The notes beneath the pieces were generated by a model. That model was not told the origin of the DNA and did not search any database. It saw nothing but the letters and a program-made list of their open reading frames with translations. A DNA stretch of 63,971 nt, filler included, from Reticulomyxa filosa (lineage: Eukaryota; Protista; Foraminifera): the NCBI GenBank assembly GCA_000512085.1. It is 16 parts of 16 records of this genome, joined end to end, with 100 filler letters (N's around TTAATTAATTAA, not from the genome) between each part and the next. Parts side by side here need not be neighbours in the genome. Positions count along the whole stretch, not along the records: positions 1 to 5,648 come from ASPP01027072.1; positions 5,749 to 13,612 come from ASPP01027610.1; 14 more parts are not named here. One strand, 5' to 3'. Every line of letters begins with the position of its first letter. Within the stretch, counting starts at the first letter, position 1. The position numbers and the translations under genes were made by a program. This document shows positions 1 through 12,800 of this stretch, one piece after another.

Positions 1-128
1 TAAATAAAGTTATCTATTTTTTTTTTTATTGTATTCGTTTATATATGCGATACATATGTATACATACATATACATATATATTATAAACATATATACATAT
101 ACATATATATATATATATATATATATGT

Positions 129-1098
129 TTATATGTTTATATGCGCATTTATGTATATACTATTGTATATAAACAAACCCATGTCTTTGAGCATGTCTTG
201 TATTCTTTGAGTGAAATCTTGATTAGTGGCAGTCAATTTGTCATTGTTGTCTTTGAGCAACAAGTTTTCCATTTCCACCTCTTGCTTTTGCATCGCCAAA
301 ACCTTTAGCTCTTGGCCTTGTTTTTGACAGGTGTCCTTCAGCAATAAGTATTGCTCCTTCATTCGATTGTACTCTTCCGTCACCTTGGTGTTCGAGTGCT
401 CCAATTCACTCAGCTTTTGCTCCATCGCTTTGTACATTGCGAGCTGCTCCGACATGTCCTTCAGGCGGTCCTCTTTGCCTTCCAACTCCGTTTGCAATGT
501 CTCTGCTTTCTGCTGTTGCTCGCTCAAGTCGTGGCTTAACACATTTTTTGTCTTTATTTATTTTTTTTTAAAAAAAAAAAGGTACGTTAATATTTCTTGG
601 TATTATAGTTTTTTTTTTTTTTTTTTTGAGGTTCAGTTGTCCCCCCCCTCCCTTTTTTTTTTTGTTAAACTAAAACTTGACTTGGCTTAAAAGGTCATAT
701 TTGTCTTGCAAATATTTCACTTGCTTTGTCAAAGTGTCAATTTCCATTTGGTACTGCTCGATTTTATTGTAGTTCTGACGAATCGCTTCTCCCTTGTACT
801 GATAGCTTGACAGCTGCGACTCCAAACTGTGACACCTTTGCTGACATGCTATCAGCTCTTGCTTGCCCTTTCGGTACTTTTCCTCTATTATGCGCAGTTT
901 GTCTTGCAACATCATCTGCAAAAACAAATCTTGGTCTGCATTTGGAGCCATCCAAGATACATGTTACACATACACCGTCAAACAAACAGTCCACTAGTGT
1001 AGTACCAGAGAGGATTCTGCAACCCCAGTGGGCTTTGGGGGTGGAGCTGAAAAAGGTGCTGGTCCTCTTCGATTAGTTGCAGGATTTTGCTGTGACAT
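129..1098 (-). CDS. Coiled-coil protein, multi-exon, 3' partial
   Basis: ORFs 670-951 and 129-542 are E/K/Q/L heptad-rich and separated by a poly-A/T intron-like block. Candidate ATG at 1098 (MSQQNPATNRRGPAPF). Exon boundaries not resolved. Confidence 0.6.
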
Positions 1099-1923
1099 TG
1101 GGCTTGCAATATATATGTATATATTATATATTGGCACCCTTGAATCTTTGAAAGTTTTTAGCCACATACATATTGCAAGTTTACACTTATGCGATCAACA
1201 AAAGCGTAAGTTTTAAATTATGGTGTTTTTTCATTATTGAAACTGAACAAAATAAATGTGTTACTTCTATGTATTGTTCACAATTTTGCGAATGGCGGTG
1301 TTCCAAAGTTGGCAGAATGATTGGATTTGGAAGTCGTACTTTTGGTTTTCTGTGGACTGCTTTTGTGTGTAATTGTCATTCCAAACTATCTGGCTTCGCC
1401 TAAATTCATTCATCCAAATGTGATATGCCCGCATTATTACATTTCTCATATGAATTATCTCATATAATTTTTGTTTGATAGCCCGAGTAGTTGACACTAT
1501 CTGTACCTATCAAAAATTTTGGCACGTGTACACCTTTTATCTCTCACTTGATGATCCAGATTTGCACTTTCCACAATATGCATCAAGATATATGTTTTTT
1601 TTGTTAAATGACAATATTCTTTTGTAAATGTTTTTGAAAGTATCTTTACGTCGAAAATTCTATTTCCTTCTAACAAATCATATTTCCACAAAATAAGCCA
1701 ATATTGACTAGAAAAAGAGCAAAATGTGTTACGCGTTTTAGACACAACAAAAAATATTTACTGAAATCCAAAAACGTTCAATAATGGAAGGGCTGTGCCA
1801 AACTTGGAAATCGTGGAAAAATTCCAAGGACAAAAAAAATAAATGAACTTTACAAGTTCATTCAATTCAACCAGTGTCCACAACACAACATCAGACACAA
1901 CAAAATCGTCTGCATCACATTTT

Positions 1924-3864
1924 TTAATCAGAAAGCGAAACAAAGCGTTCTTCAATATCATCTGCAAGTTTTTTGAAGAAGGCCTTAATGTCTTCTCTGC
2001 TGGTTGATGGGAACACGTCCATTTTGGATGAAATGACGCGTTTAATGACTTCATCGCAATGCAATTTGATAGCGTTCAGGGTGATTTTGTGTTCTTCCGT
2101 CGCCTTGTCAATTGCAGCTTTGGATTGACGATAAAAGGTAATAATGCAACGCAACATTCCCACCGTTTTTTCCAAAGGACACATGTAATCATATTCAGTA
2201 TACGCATTTTGTTGAAGAAAATCTTCTCGGATGATTCTTGCCACATCCAAAATGAGCTTTTGATCTTCACTGAGTGAGTCTTTACCGACCAATTGCACGA
2301 TTTCCTGCAACTCGTTTTCGCTTTGCAAAATGCTTTGTGCTTGTCTTCGAAGTTCACCGTATTCGGTATCTCGTTCGTTAAAGTAAGGTTCCAACACGTT
2401 CATATATTTTGTGAAGGAAATGAGCCAATCGACCGAAGGGAAGTGTTTACGTTGGGCCAAAGGTTTAGACAATCCCCAAAACACTTGCACAATGTTCAAA
2501 GTGGCCGTGGTGACCGGGTCAGCAAAATCACCACCAGGAGGAGACACGGCACCGACAATGGTGACACTGCCTTCTCGTTCGGGGGAGCCCAAGCATGACA
2601 CACGTCCAGCGCGCTCGTAAAAGGCAGCCAAACGGGTGGCCAAGTAAGCAGGATAACCACTATCTGCAGGCATTTCTCCCAAGCGCCCACTGATTTCTCG
2701 CAGAGCCTCTGCCCAGCGTGACGTGGAATCAGCCATCATGGCCACGTTCATTCCCTGGTCTCTAAAGTATTCGGCCAAAGTGATACCCGTGTAAATGGAG
2801 GCTTCTCTGGCAGCCACAGGCATATTGGGGGTGTTTGCGACCAAACAGGTACGCTTCATGATACCTACTTCACGGCCATCCTTGGTTTTCATTTTCATTT
2901 GTGGGAAATCGCGCAACACTTCAGCCATCTCATTACCGCGCTCTCCACATCCCACGTACACGACACAATCACAGTTACTATGCTTGGAAAGGGATTGGGA
3001 AATGACAGTCTTACCGCAACCAAATGCTCCAGGAATGGCACACGTTCCACCTTGGCACGAAGGGAACACTGAATCCAACACACGTTGTCCGGTCAACAGC
3101 GCAACTTTGCCTGGCAACTTTTCGACCACCGGTCTTGGGAAACGCACTGGCCAATTATGGGTCATGGTCAGATCAACCTCTTTCCCTGTTTTCGCATGTT
3201 TCACTGTCAACAACACCTTGTCAATGTTGTACGATCCAGAATCAATAAAGTTCGTCACGGTACCACCGATTCTTGGAGGAATCATTATTTTGTGCTCCGG
3301 GAACAACTCGTTCTCAAACACTACTCCAATCACGTCTCCTGGTGATACTAATGAACCCTTTTTAATCTTTTCATTTCTTGTAAATTTCCATTCCTTTGTG
3401 CGATCCAGCGCAGACATTGTCACTCCTCGCGGAATGAACACTGCACTACCTGTCTCTTTGAGAGACAATTGTGCTATTGCCTCCAACGGTCTTTGAATCC
3501 CGTCAAAAATATTCTCCAAAATACCTGGACCCAATTCCACAGACAATGACTGTCTGGTTCGCAACACCGGGTCTCCAATTGTCAGTCCTGCTGTCTCCTC
3601 GTACACCTGAATGTACGCTTTTGATGTCTCCAAACGGATAATCTCACCCACCAGTTTTTGTTTGCCGACTCGCACCAGCTCATACATAAACGCTCCCAAC
3701 ATATCGTCGGCCACCACCACTGTGTTTATGTAAATTTTTTTTTTTACACCCTTTTTACTTTTTCATTATCGTATATGCCACCTACAACAACGTTGTTGTA
3801 ACACTTAACATGGCCCTGCCACTCGTAGGATGAAACCAGTATCCTTTGACTTTTCCTCGGACAT
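1924..3864 (-). CDS. ATP6V1A: V-type proton ATPase catalytic subunit A
   Basis: Exon 1 3864-3810 ([18 protein letters not shown]), GT-AG intron 3809-3720, exon 2 3719-1924. Motifs: P-loop [57 protein letters not shown]. Confidence 0.97.
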
Positions 3865-4935
3865 ATTTTATTGATTTATGGGAAAAAAAAACAGGAGAAC
3901 AGGCGATATAAAGTTTTTTTTTTTCGAAGAAAAAGCTGTTTGGAACTAGAAAAGCACTGCTGTCGTGGAAACTCCACGATTGTGATAGAAAAAAGTCAAA
4001 TTTCTAGTAACGAGTGAGTGCTCTTTTTTCATTGATTTTTTATGCTCTTCAAACTAACACGCCAAATGAATCGGTTGTGGTACAGATTTGTACATTTCTT
4101 TTTCGGCCTCTGTAGCTTCTGTGTTGTGCCATATTTTAATATTCAATTACGAAAGAATTGAAACTACTCAAGGAACATTTAAACATTGTAACTGATTTGA
4201 GCTATTTTCCAAATGTCCAAGCTATCGTGTCTGTGCATCGGATTTTGCTAAGTGATCTTAATTGTAACATAATGTGATAATTTGTATATGGCGAAAAAAT
4301 ACAAAGAATATGTGTGTCACATTAAAAGAAATATTTTGACAAGTATAGAACAAAATACCATTGACAAATCATTTCCACAACTAATTTATTCGCTGAAAAA
4401 AAGAAAAAAAAATATTGTAAAATAACTACCTTTCCATTAATAAATAGTAAATCATTTTCATACGATAAAAAATTTTTGAGTTTGCATTTAAATAACAACA
4501 ATATTGTCTAACGTAGTTAGTGGAAAAAATAAGACCTTTACTTAAACTTTAATATTAATGTATATATGTTAATTTAAATTTAATTTGTTTTCACTTCAGC
4601 TACATCTGATAGTAAACATTCAATGTTAGCTAAAATAGTCTTATTGTACCATAAAAAAATAACAATCAAATGTGCTTGATTGTTCGACAACAAACTATTA
4701 AAAATGTGCTTAGCACTCAAAGAAAACTTGGAATAAATTCAGGAAAGTGTGCCGGTTCACGAAATTGTAATACAGAAATAATGTGCTTTGAGTGAAGTTT
4801 CAAATAGTGAAACAAGAAAAGTTGAGTGTAAGTGAGGGATGCATGAGTTTGTAAATTTTTTGTAGTGGCAAGGTAGAGGGGGGGGAAAAAATGCAAGTCT
4901 GTGTAAAGAGCTTCATTGTATAATAAAAAAAAAAG

Positions 4936-5648
4936 ATGGATAAGAATCCAAATCAATCCAACCCGCTTGCAACAAAATCAATGAATGTTTCTTCATCAAC
5001 AACAGATAAATTGTCAAGACCAAGAGTGACAACAGCAGAAACAGAACGTTACTTGATGCAGCTATTGAAATATCGAAATATCTCTTGGCGATACCTGTTG
5101 TGTTATTGCCTGCCTCTGCAGCAACAAATACTGTTAGAGCAGTTGCGGAGCAACGAGACATACAACGCGAATGAGAGTGAGAGCGTGTCAAGAAAAGAAG
5201 AGGAAGAAGAAGCAGACGACGACAATGACGACAACGGAGACGACGAAGAGATCAAGAACGAGATATCAGTGACAGAGGAAGAGAGAAGCAGGAGCACATT
5301 GACCACACTTTCTCCGACGATAGAAGAAGAGTCAGAGACAATGGAAAGAGAAAGTGAGACAAAGTTTAAGTCGTCTTCCATATCCCGAGCAGAGACGACC
5401 AAACAAAAGGGAGCGTTTCAAAAGAGTATCTCTCAAAGCAAGTTTTACCACCTGCCAGTCATTGACGGCAACGCATTGAAGACATTATTCGAGCAAGGTC
5501 GAGAAGAGTATAACCAATTGAGTCAATTGTATTTGACCCCAGATCAAATAGTATGTGGTTATTTTTACTTTTATTTATTTTTTAAATTTATAATCTTTAA
5601 ATATGTGATATTATCTAATCACACATAAGATATAAACATTTTGATTGG
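4936..5648 (+). CDS. Hypothetical protein, possibly the N-terminus of a TBC/Rab-GAP domain; partial
   Basis: RNISWRYLLCYCLP and LFEQGREEYNQL resemble the TBC N-terminal RxxxWxxLLgyxP...reeY pattern, with an acidic insert between them. Intron begins near 5551 (gtatgt). Cut by the contig end. Confidence 0.4.
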
Positions 5649-5748
5649 NNNNNNNNNNNNNNNNNNNNNNNNNNNNNNNNNNNNNNNNNNNNTTAATTAA
5701 TTAANNNNNNNNNNNNNNNNNNNNNNNNNNNNNNNNNNNNNNNNNNNN
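5649..5748. other. Artificial contig-joining linker (N44-TTAATTAATTAA-N44), first of 15
   Basis: Identical 100-nt spacer with six-frame stops at 5649-5748, 13613-13712, 33675-33774, 38091-38190, 41254-41353, 43381-43480, 44545-44644, 48496-48595, 52401-52500, 54411-54510, 55850-55949, 58298-58397, 59656-59755, 60987-61086 and 62546-62645. Confidence 0.98.
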
Positions 5749-8076
5749 GTCTTGATCAGGAGTGAATGTGTTATAATCGTAGATAGCGTTATCCATCTCG
5801 ATTGTTGGCAACCATGTGATTTCTTTGAAGGACCTGTGTATTGATGGCAATAGCTTAGATGAGGATAATGCGGATGCTATGAATGCTGCGGCAGCGTATG
5901 GCCTGGCTGTTTTTAATCCAAAACCTCCTTGACGAATGGGGAGTTGACATTGGATCCATTGCTGCGAAGAGATGGGGTAAGCTGTAATTGCCTCCATTGT
6001 CTGTCTTATCTTGCCATCAAATCTTTTGATCCAACCAGAATTATAGCCGGAGAAATTTGAGCGGATGTAGTAATTTACTTTGGCCAGCTGCAATGAATTT
6101 CTTAATAGTAGAAGCATTGTTTGGGCATGTCTCAATGCAATAATCCTATCAAATTGTGAATCCCATTCCTTCTGCCTGATATCCATTTCATCCTTGATAT
6201 GTGCTGTCCTACCAACGGGGATGCTAACCAAGGTCGTGTCGAATGTGGTGTTATGCGTGATACCAACAAATTGATTCGGTGGAGGCGCAGACAGATTGGA
6301 AATCCACTCCGTCTTGGAGTAGTTTATTTCAATACCGTGGGACTGCTTAAGCGCTTCGAGTGATGTCATTGCGAGGATGATTGATGCGGACGATGTTGAG
6401 GCCAAAGTCAGATCATCGTGGTACGCCGCGTGGTAGATATTTTCCAAGCCGGCAAGTGCGGTCTTCAATGTGTCTGCTAATATTATAGCAAAAAGGGCAC
6501 CACTTAATGGATCACCTTGATGGACGCCCGAACATGATTGAATCGAAGATTGGTTCGGCAAGAAGATTGGGACGTGTGACGAATAACAACCCTTCACATA
6601 ACCAAACAAAGCGGGGATCTGCTTTCTTACCAACTCAATGAGCTTGCTCCTTTTACACGCGTTGAAAGCGTTTTTAAAATCAACCTTGACCGCCACCGCA
6701 TCATCAAATGGTTTCACATATTGGAGAATGGCTTTGAAGCCATGAACGAAGAGTTCGATACCGGCGCTTACGTTAATTCCGAATTGATTAGGTCCAACAA
6801 TATGCTTGATATGGTTTGAGTGCCTTTTCATCAGGATGGCGCCTGCCGATCTTCTTAAAAGGGATCCGATAGCGATAGGTCTTGGGCTCCCGTCGGGTTT
6901 GGCTATTCCAATGAGCCTTGCTCCGAATGCAATTGGGGCGGCGCTTTCACACACTGATCCGTTGACTATTAATGACAATACTTTGGCCCAGTTAGACAAT
7001 GTGCTTGATTCAAACTCAAATGGAACAAGGTCGATTAAATGTTGGGCGGTGAAAAGGTCTACGCCTCCAGCGGATGTTCTTCCTAATTTCTTAGTGTACG
7101 CAATGAGTTCTTCTACTGTTATGTCGTCATGCGGGGGGATGGAGGGTAATCTTAGTGTCTGGTCGTTAGTTTCAATTGATTGCAATATTTCACTTGGAGG
7201 AGGCTCATATGGGTGCTTATTTTGTAATTGTTGGATCGTGTTATTATCGTATATGATACCTTGGCTAGGAGATAATGCCTTGAAGGCTTTGGATAATTCA
7301 CCTAAAGCTGCAAGTTTAATTGCCTTTGCGTGTGTAGCGTTTGCTTCAGCTTGGCTGGGCGGCTTCGTCCGTTTTAATTCGTTCGCTTTTATAATCTCCG
7401 TGGAATGTTCAGAAAAGTCGAACCAAAGCTTCTGGATATTGTCCTCCTTCCACAGCTTTATCCTATTTAAAATGGATTTGGCCACTGAATTGACGTGTTT
7501 TCTTCCACCTCTCCCTGGGTCCCATAATAAAAGCCTTGTGAGTAGGAGCCATTTGGTCCAGGATGCCGTGTCATTTTTGGACGCTACCTCTTTGAGTACC
7601 CATGCTGCGAGCGATGCCAATGAACTGCGTACATTCTTTGGAACCCTGCCAATAATTTTCGCCGGCTTGTTGATTATTTCGGTAATATCAGGCAGTTGCC
7701 ATGGGATGATTGCTTCCGCTTGCTTTTGCTCTGTGGAAGTTTGTAATCTGGATCTGCGTTCGCGGAAGGCCTTTTGCTGTGCGATTAAATCGTCATGGCA
7801 GTTCTTGTGCATGTTATCAACGGCCACTGTGCGAGGCAATATACGCCTACAACGGTAACAAACAATTCTTCCAAAACTCTGAAAATATGATTGAGGGATA
7901 TGTGCAGTGGCTTCGTTGGCTGTGTGGGTGTTGACGTGAATATGCAATCCAGCTTCCGATTTGAGGACCGATGAGCAACCAAGGACAGGACACTTAAAGA
8001 TGTTACTGTTGTTTGGCACCTCCGACCTGGGCGGATGGGGCAAATCGAGAGGGAGCTCGGGGTTGAAAGCGAACAC
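5749..8076 (-). CDS. Retrotransposon Zn-finger + reverse transcriptase (CRE-clade-like), C-terminus missing
   Basis: C2H2 finger CPVLGC-x12-HVNTH (7992-7924) and CYRC-x13-HKNC. RT motifs: SAGGVD, RLIGIAKPDGSPRPIAIG, NQFGI, KVDFKNAFN, GVHQGDPLSGALF, YHDD (6423-6412), GIEINYSKT, and downstream LPIRQGGFGL typical of CRE-like elements. No ATG precedes the zinc fingers in this frame. Confidence 0.93.
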
Positions 8077-8817
8077 TTCTCGTCGTCAAATAGGTTAGTC
8101 GACTGCAGGTCTGCGCTTGGGGCTTCTGTGATGGAATCGTTTGTACATTGACTAGCACCAAATGACGCAACAACATGGGTAGTATTGTATTCTGCCATCT
8201 TATGCTCCGGATCTATACCTATGGATAGATGTTCGGTGGTATGCTCAATGTACGGAGGCAGTTCATTGATTGTCGAAAGACCAAACGGTTGTCCAAGTGC
8301 ATGTGGTTGCATACAGGGCTTCTCGTACATGCTTGGGGCACGGTGGATGTGTATGCGGTTGTCGAAGTGGCGTATGGGTTACGGTATCCTCGATCACGTG
8401 TTGGACTGCTTGATGTACTTCCGATGTGCCCATGATATTGTCGCTGCTACCTTGAGATGTTGTTTGAAGGTTGATATCATTGATGTTGATTTCCGTTGTA
8501 GTAAGGCACCTTGTGATCTTTTGAGAAATGCTTTCGTCGTTGCTGTCTGCAGTGGATGGATTGTCGGTGGCATGCGTGAGTTTTTGAGTATCCGGACATT
8601 GCAATTTACTACGATCATTGTCTTGGATCAATGATTGGATATTAGATTGTACGGTTTGTGTTGATGGCCATCTCGGACTTGAATCATTATTACGGACGTC
8701 GCGATTGGATGTGCTGGTACGCTTATTGTTACCGTGAATTTCATCAAGGGCATCACTCGAAGGCTTTATTGGCGATGGGCGACTGATTGCTATGTTAGGT
8801 TCTTTCGGTAGTAATAT

Positions 8818-9834
8818 AAGGCGTGAAATATCAGCTGCAAATTGGAGAACGTCGTCAGTCGAAGAAGCCATTTTGACGGTGGGGTTGATTGAGAATATTA
8901 CTGATATGTTTGACGACTTTGCCAAACATGACAGTAAGGCCTTCCTCCATTCACTGCAGCCGTTCTGGTCTCGATAATTAATTTTAGATTTATTAAAGTT
9001 TTTTAAGATGGCCTGGAATTGTTTTAACCCTGAGGAAACACATGCTGACTCTAGGCAATGCAAAATTTCATTATGAATATATGTTTGGTTTTTAAAGTGG
9101 TTGAGAGGACGAATTATATTTTTTGAAATTACCCCTGCTAAATTAATTATAAAAATATTGCTTTTCATTTGAGAGACCTCCTGGTCGCTACTAACAAAAG
9201 TTTGGCATATAGATACATAAATATTGTATGCCCAGGGGGGGGAGGAGTGTCCAGAAGTTTGGGTATGATGTTGCAGATGTGATGCTTTCCTGGCGTCTGC
9301 TAGCAATTTCTCCAGATCCATGATGTTGTCAATGTTCTTGCTTGTAAGTTTTAATAAATTAATCGACGTATGGCCCTTCTTCTGATCATTGGTGGTTGCG
9401 TGGATATTAGTATTATCAAGGAGATCATATGCCCGAATCTTTGATATATTAGTTCCATAGAATTCAACTGCAGACAATTTTAATATAATGGTCAATGCAC
9501 GTGTGCCCTTCAATAGTTCACCCACCGTGAGATTCAATGCTGGTGTAATAAGATCGCTTGTTAATATTGAGTCCAATACGGATGGCTGTTCATAGATGCA
9601 GATTATACCGGATAATCCGTCGAGAGCCTTCTCTGATATCGAAATTACGATTTGCGATATGGCTTGCTTGGGATCGATTGATGCATCGAAGACTTCGTCA
9701 AAGGGGCAATAATTGCCTCCTCTTGGCGTGGTTCCGACCCTTGTGGATAATAGGTTCTTGGTGATTCTAATGTATTGCTCGTTTTTACCACTGAGCTCGG
9801 TATCTTGAATTAAGGCATACGTTTTTATCAGATT
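8818..9834 (-). CDS. Degenerate kinesin motor domain (pseudo-motor) within the retroelement reading frame
   Basis: About 339 aa with kinesin motifs in the expected order: NLIKTYALIQ, PFDEVF, ALDGLSGIICIYEQ, LSAVEFYG, AYDLL, HTQTSGHSS, SNIFIINLAG, INYRD, LAKSSNISVIFSINP, STDDVLQFAADISRL. The P-loop GSGKT, switch I SSRSH and switch II DLAGSE are all disrupted. Confidence 0.8.
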
Positions 9835-12800
9835 GCTATTTTGCTGCCGGGCCCATGAAGGAATTGACAATTTGCTGTCCGAATGGATAACTGGATGAGG
9901 AATGTTCGAGATTGTGGTATGATTGGATGATGATGTTGATAAGGGGACCTTATGGCTGCCCGTGGATGTTCGACTGCGGGAGTGCAAGTGGTTTCACTAG
10001 CAGCATCAGCCGTGTACGCAGCACGGGATGCCTGTAAATCCACTACACATTCTTTGACGTCGACGTCATGATTTGGTTCGGTTATGGGATGCAGCTTCGT
10101 GCTCGTGGTTGCTTGGGGAGGAAAGATTGCGGATTGGTTGTCGGCAGGCGGCTCGATAGATTGCTTGGTCAATAATTGGCCTTGGTTTGCCAGTTTTGGC
10201 GCGGGAGCATGCGATGATGAGAGTGAGTGGCTTTGTGATTGTTCTTTCTGATTGTTGCTTTGGCTTTCGTCAAAAGGCTCGCGGGGTTCTGGTATGGCAT
10301 CATGGGTGGCCCTCTGAATAATTGTTTATCGGGGGGACCCAATTGAAGGTTATCAATTACTGACGGGACAATATGTTTGATAGGTGCCTTCGACTGCATA
10401 GACTCGGAGAGACACGTGGTGTCACTGGCAGCATCAGTTGTGTACATAGCACAAGATGCCCGTGGGTCCACTGTCTGCTCCTTGGTGTCATTGCCATGCC
10501 ATGGTGCTTCTACGAGGTGGTGGCCCGTGCTTTCAACCATCTGGGGCGGGATATGTTCTTGCGTCTGTTGAGAACTCTTTGCGTCCGCTATGGGGGCAAT
10601 GTTTGGATGTGGCGGGGGATATCTGCATTACTTGCATTTTTTTGGAAGGGTGTTATCCCCGTGGGCTGATGCGAGCATTCGGCGTTTACTAATTCATTGA
10701 TGGACTTCAATTCTTGGCTCCGCTGGCTCGCGAGAATGCTGTGGGGCTGTTCGAATGAGTGTACAGGCTCTGATGTGGCTACGGCCATTACTGGATAGTT
10801 TGGTTGCTCCCTCGATACTGGCGGTGCTTGGAGGAGGGGCATGCTGGCTGCGCGGGGGGATTTGATGTGGCATTACCCACGTGCTGCTTGGAAGGTTCCA
10901 TTGGAGGCGTGGTTGTTTGGTTATAGTTATCACTAAGCCCGTTACCCGCCTCAGGAGCCAAGGTGTGTATTGATACTTGACCAATTGAGATACCACTAAT
11001 ATCGTCCAAGATGCGATGGACTACAGGGACATGTACTTCGTCAATGACTGTTTCTGTTCCAATTGAATTGTTGATATTACAGGTTTGCTTTGATCTCCTC
11101 GACAGCAATTGATCCATTTGGTCTCTACCATGCCGTTCTTGCGAGGGTTGCTGAGTTGGTACTTTAATACGACTGGATGTATTCATATAACGCGAGGAAG
11201 TTCTCCTGGAGGGAAGATTTCTGGCCGAGAGCCTGCGCTTGTTGATGTATACCGAGAAATCTGCATCATCGAGGTCCGTTTCTGACTCTGCTTCAGCGGG
11301 GGCATGGGATTCTTTGCTTGACGAACTGTCATTAGCGTCGTCTTTGTTGTTGCTCCTGGGGTGCTCCGGGCTGGGCAGTATTTCGTCTTCGGCGGCTTGG
11401 CTCAGTGGTGGCACATTCTTCATAGCCTTTGAAAAAGGGTGCTGTGCTTGAGACGGCGATATTGAGCATCCCTCTTTTTGCAGCGGTTGATGTACGTATG
11501 TTGTTATTGATGGCGGTACATTGCACTTGTCGGGTTTCGGTACGTCCATGCATTCATCTTCCTCCGGGATCGCAGGGGGCCGCACGGCGGATGATACTTC
11601 GTCGATACTCACTTCGAACTGTCCCTGATCTGGGGAGCTTTGTCGTTGGATTTGAAGCGATTGTTGTGGGCGGGGCCAGGGCTGCGGTGCCGGTCCTGCC
11701 AATTCCTTCATGAGTGGTATCCGTTTGGTTTCTTGCGAAGGGGGAGAGGTTGCTTTCTGTCTTTGATTCCCACTTGGGAAGGTCCAAGCACTGTCGCTAT
11801 CAACCCCCCACTTACTACTTTGGCTTTGGGGCTGTGTGAAGTGAAGAAAATGTGTTGTATGCCCTTCGTGAGTAATCTTTGCGAGATGCAAGATTCCTTT
11901 TGCGATTTCCGGGATGCAGTTAGCTTCACGGCAGTGGTGAGTCTCTGTGCCAGTTCTACTTCTACTACCACCATTAAGGATGATATCGGTACAATCTTGA
12001 AAGGGGACGTTCCTCGAATTGCCGCTCTTTGGGGCCTGATGACGTTCAGTGTTTTGATTATCGCCCGCTTTATTTTCACTCGCCGCTCCTTCTGCTTTTA
12101 TTTGTCTCGATGGCTGTTTTTCAATAACCTGCCTTGACGCTCGAGCTTTACTTTCTAATGCATTTTCGAATGGATAGGGCCCAAACTTGTCGTATTGCGT
12201 TGGACTGGTGCACGCCTGTTCCCGATTCGCGCTTGTGAAATCCCAGATTGGTTCATTCTGCACCGCCGTCTGGCTGATTGCCTGAAAATTGTTTGTAGAG
12301 GGCATGGTAACGTCGGGTTCTGGCTCGCAGTGTTGATTTTTTGCTATGTCGGGCCCTGGTTTGTTGGCGATTGGCCGCCTCCCGGTTTTCCCAAAGTATT
12401 GCGATAGTGGTAGGGCGGCATTAGGTGACCGGCCTTTTTGACCATTATCGTCCAAGTTTTGCACGATAGTATTAGTTGTATATGAGGATTGTGCTACCAT
12501 TGCTGATCCACTTTCACTATGTATGTTAATAGAACTGCGATCTGTTATGAGGGCCGTCCGGGCATTACTTCCCGATGATAACTTTTCAATGTGATGTTGA
12601 TGATCTTCCTCGAACTTTCTTTTAGGAGTTCTCCCTGAACTTTGGCCACTTGCTGCTTGAGTTTGTCTGCAGTGTGTTTTCATTGGCCATTTTGCCTCCA
12701 ATAGCATACTTGAGTCAAAAAATTGACTTTTTCCTATGCATTCCTCATGCTTCTCTGCCACCAATTGTGGTATCACTTTTTCAATGGTTTTGCTCTCGCT

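Noticed and set aside
2930-2965. Possible VMA1-type intein in V-ATPase A
   Set aside because: [11 protein letters not shown] is uninterrupted and the protein length is normal.
6806-7858. 350-aa plus-strand ORF antisense to the RT
   Set aside because: Shadow ORF of the RT frame with no recognisable motifs. The same applies to 2795-3496 opposite V-ATPase A.
8263-9987. Reading the kinesin-like ORF as an independent host kinesin gene next to a transposon
   Set aside because: It has no ATG start (TTG in the ORF track), introns, coiled-coil stalk or intergenic spacer, and its frames overlap both neighbours. Not fully excluded until other copies are compared.
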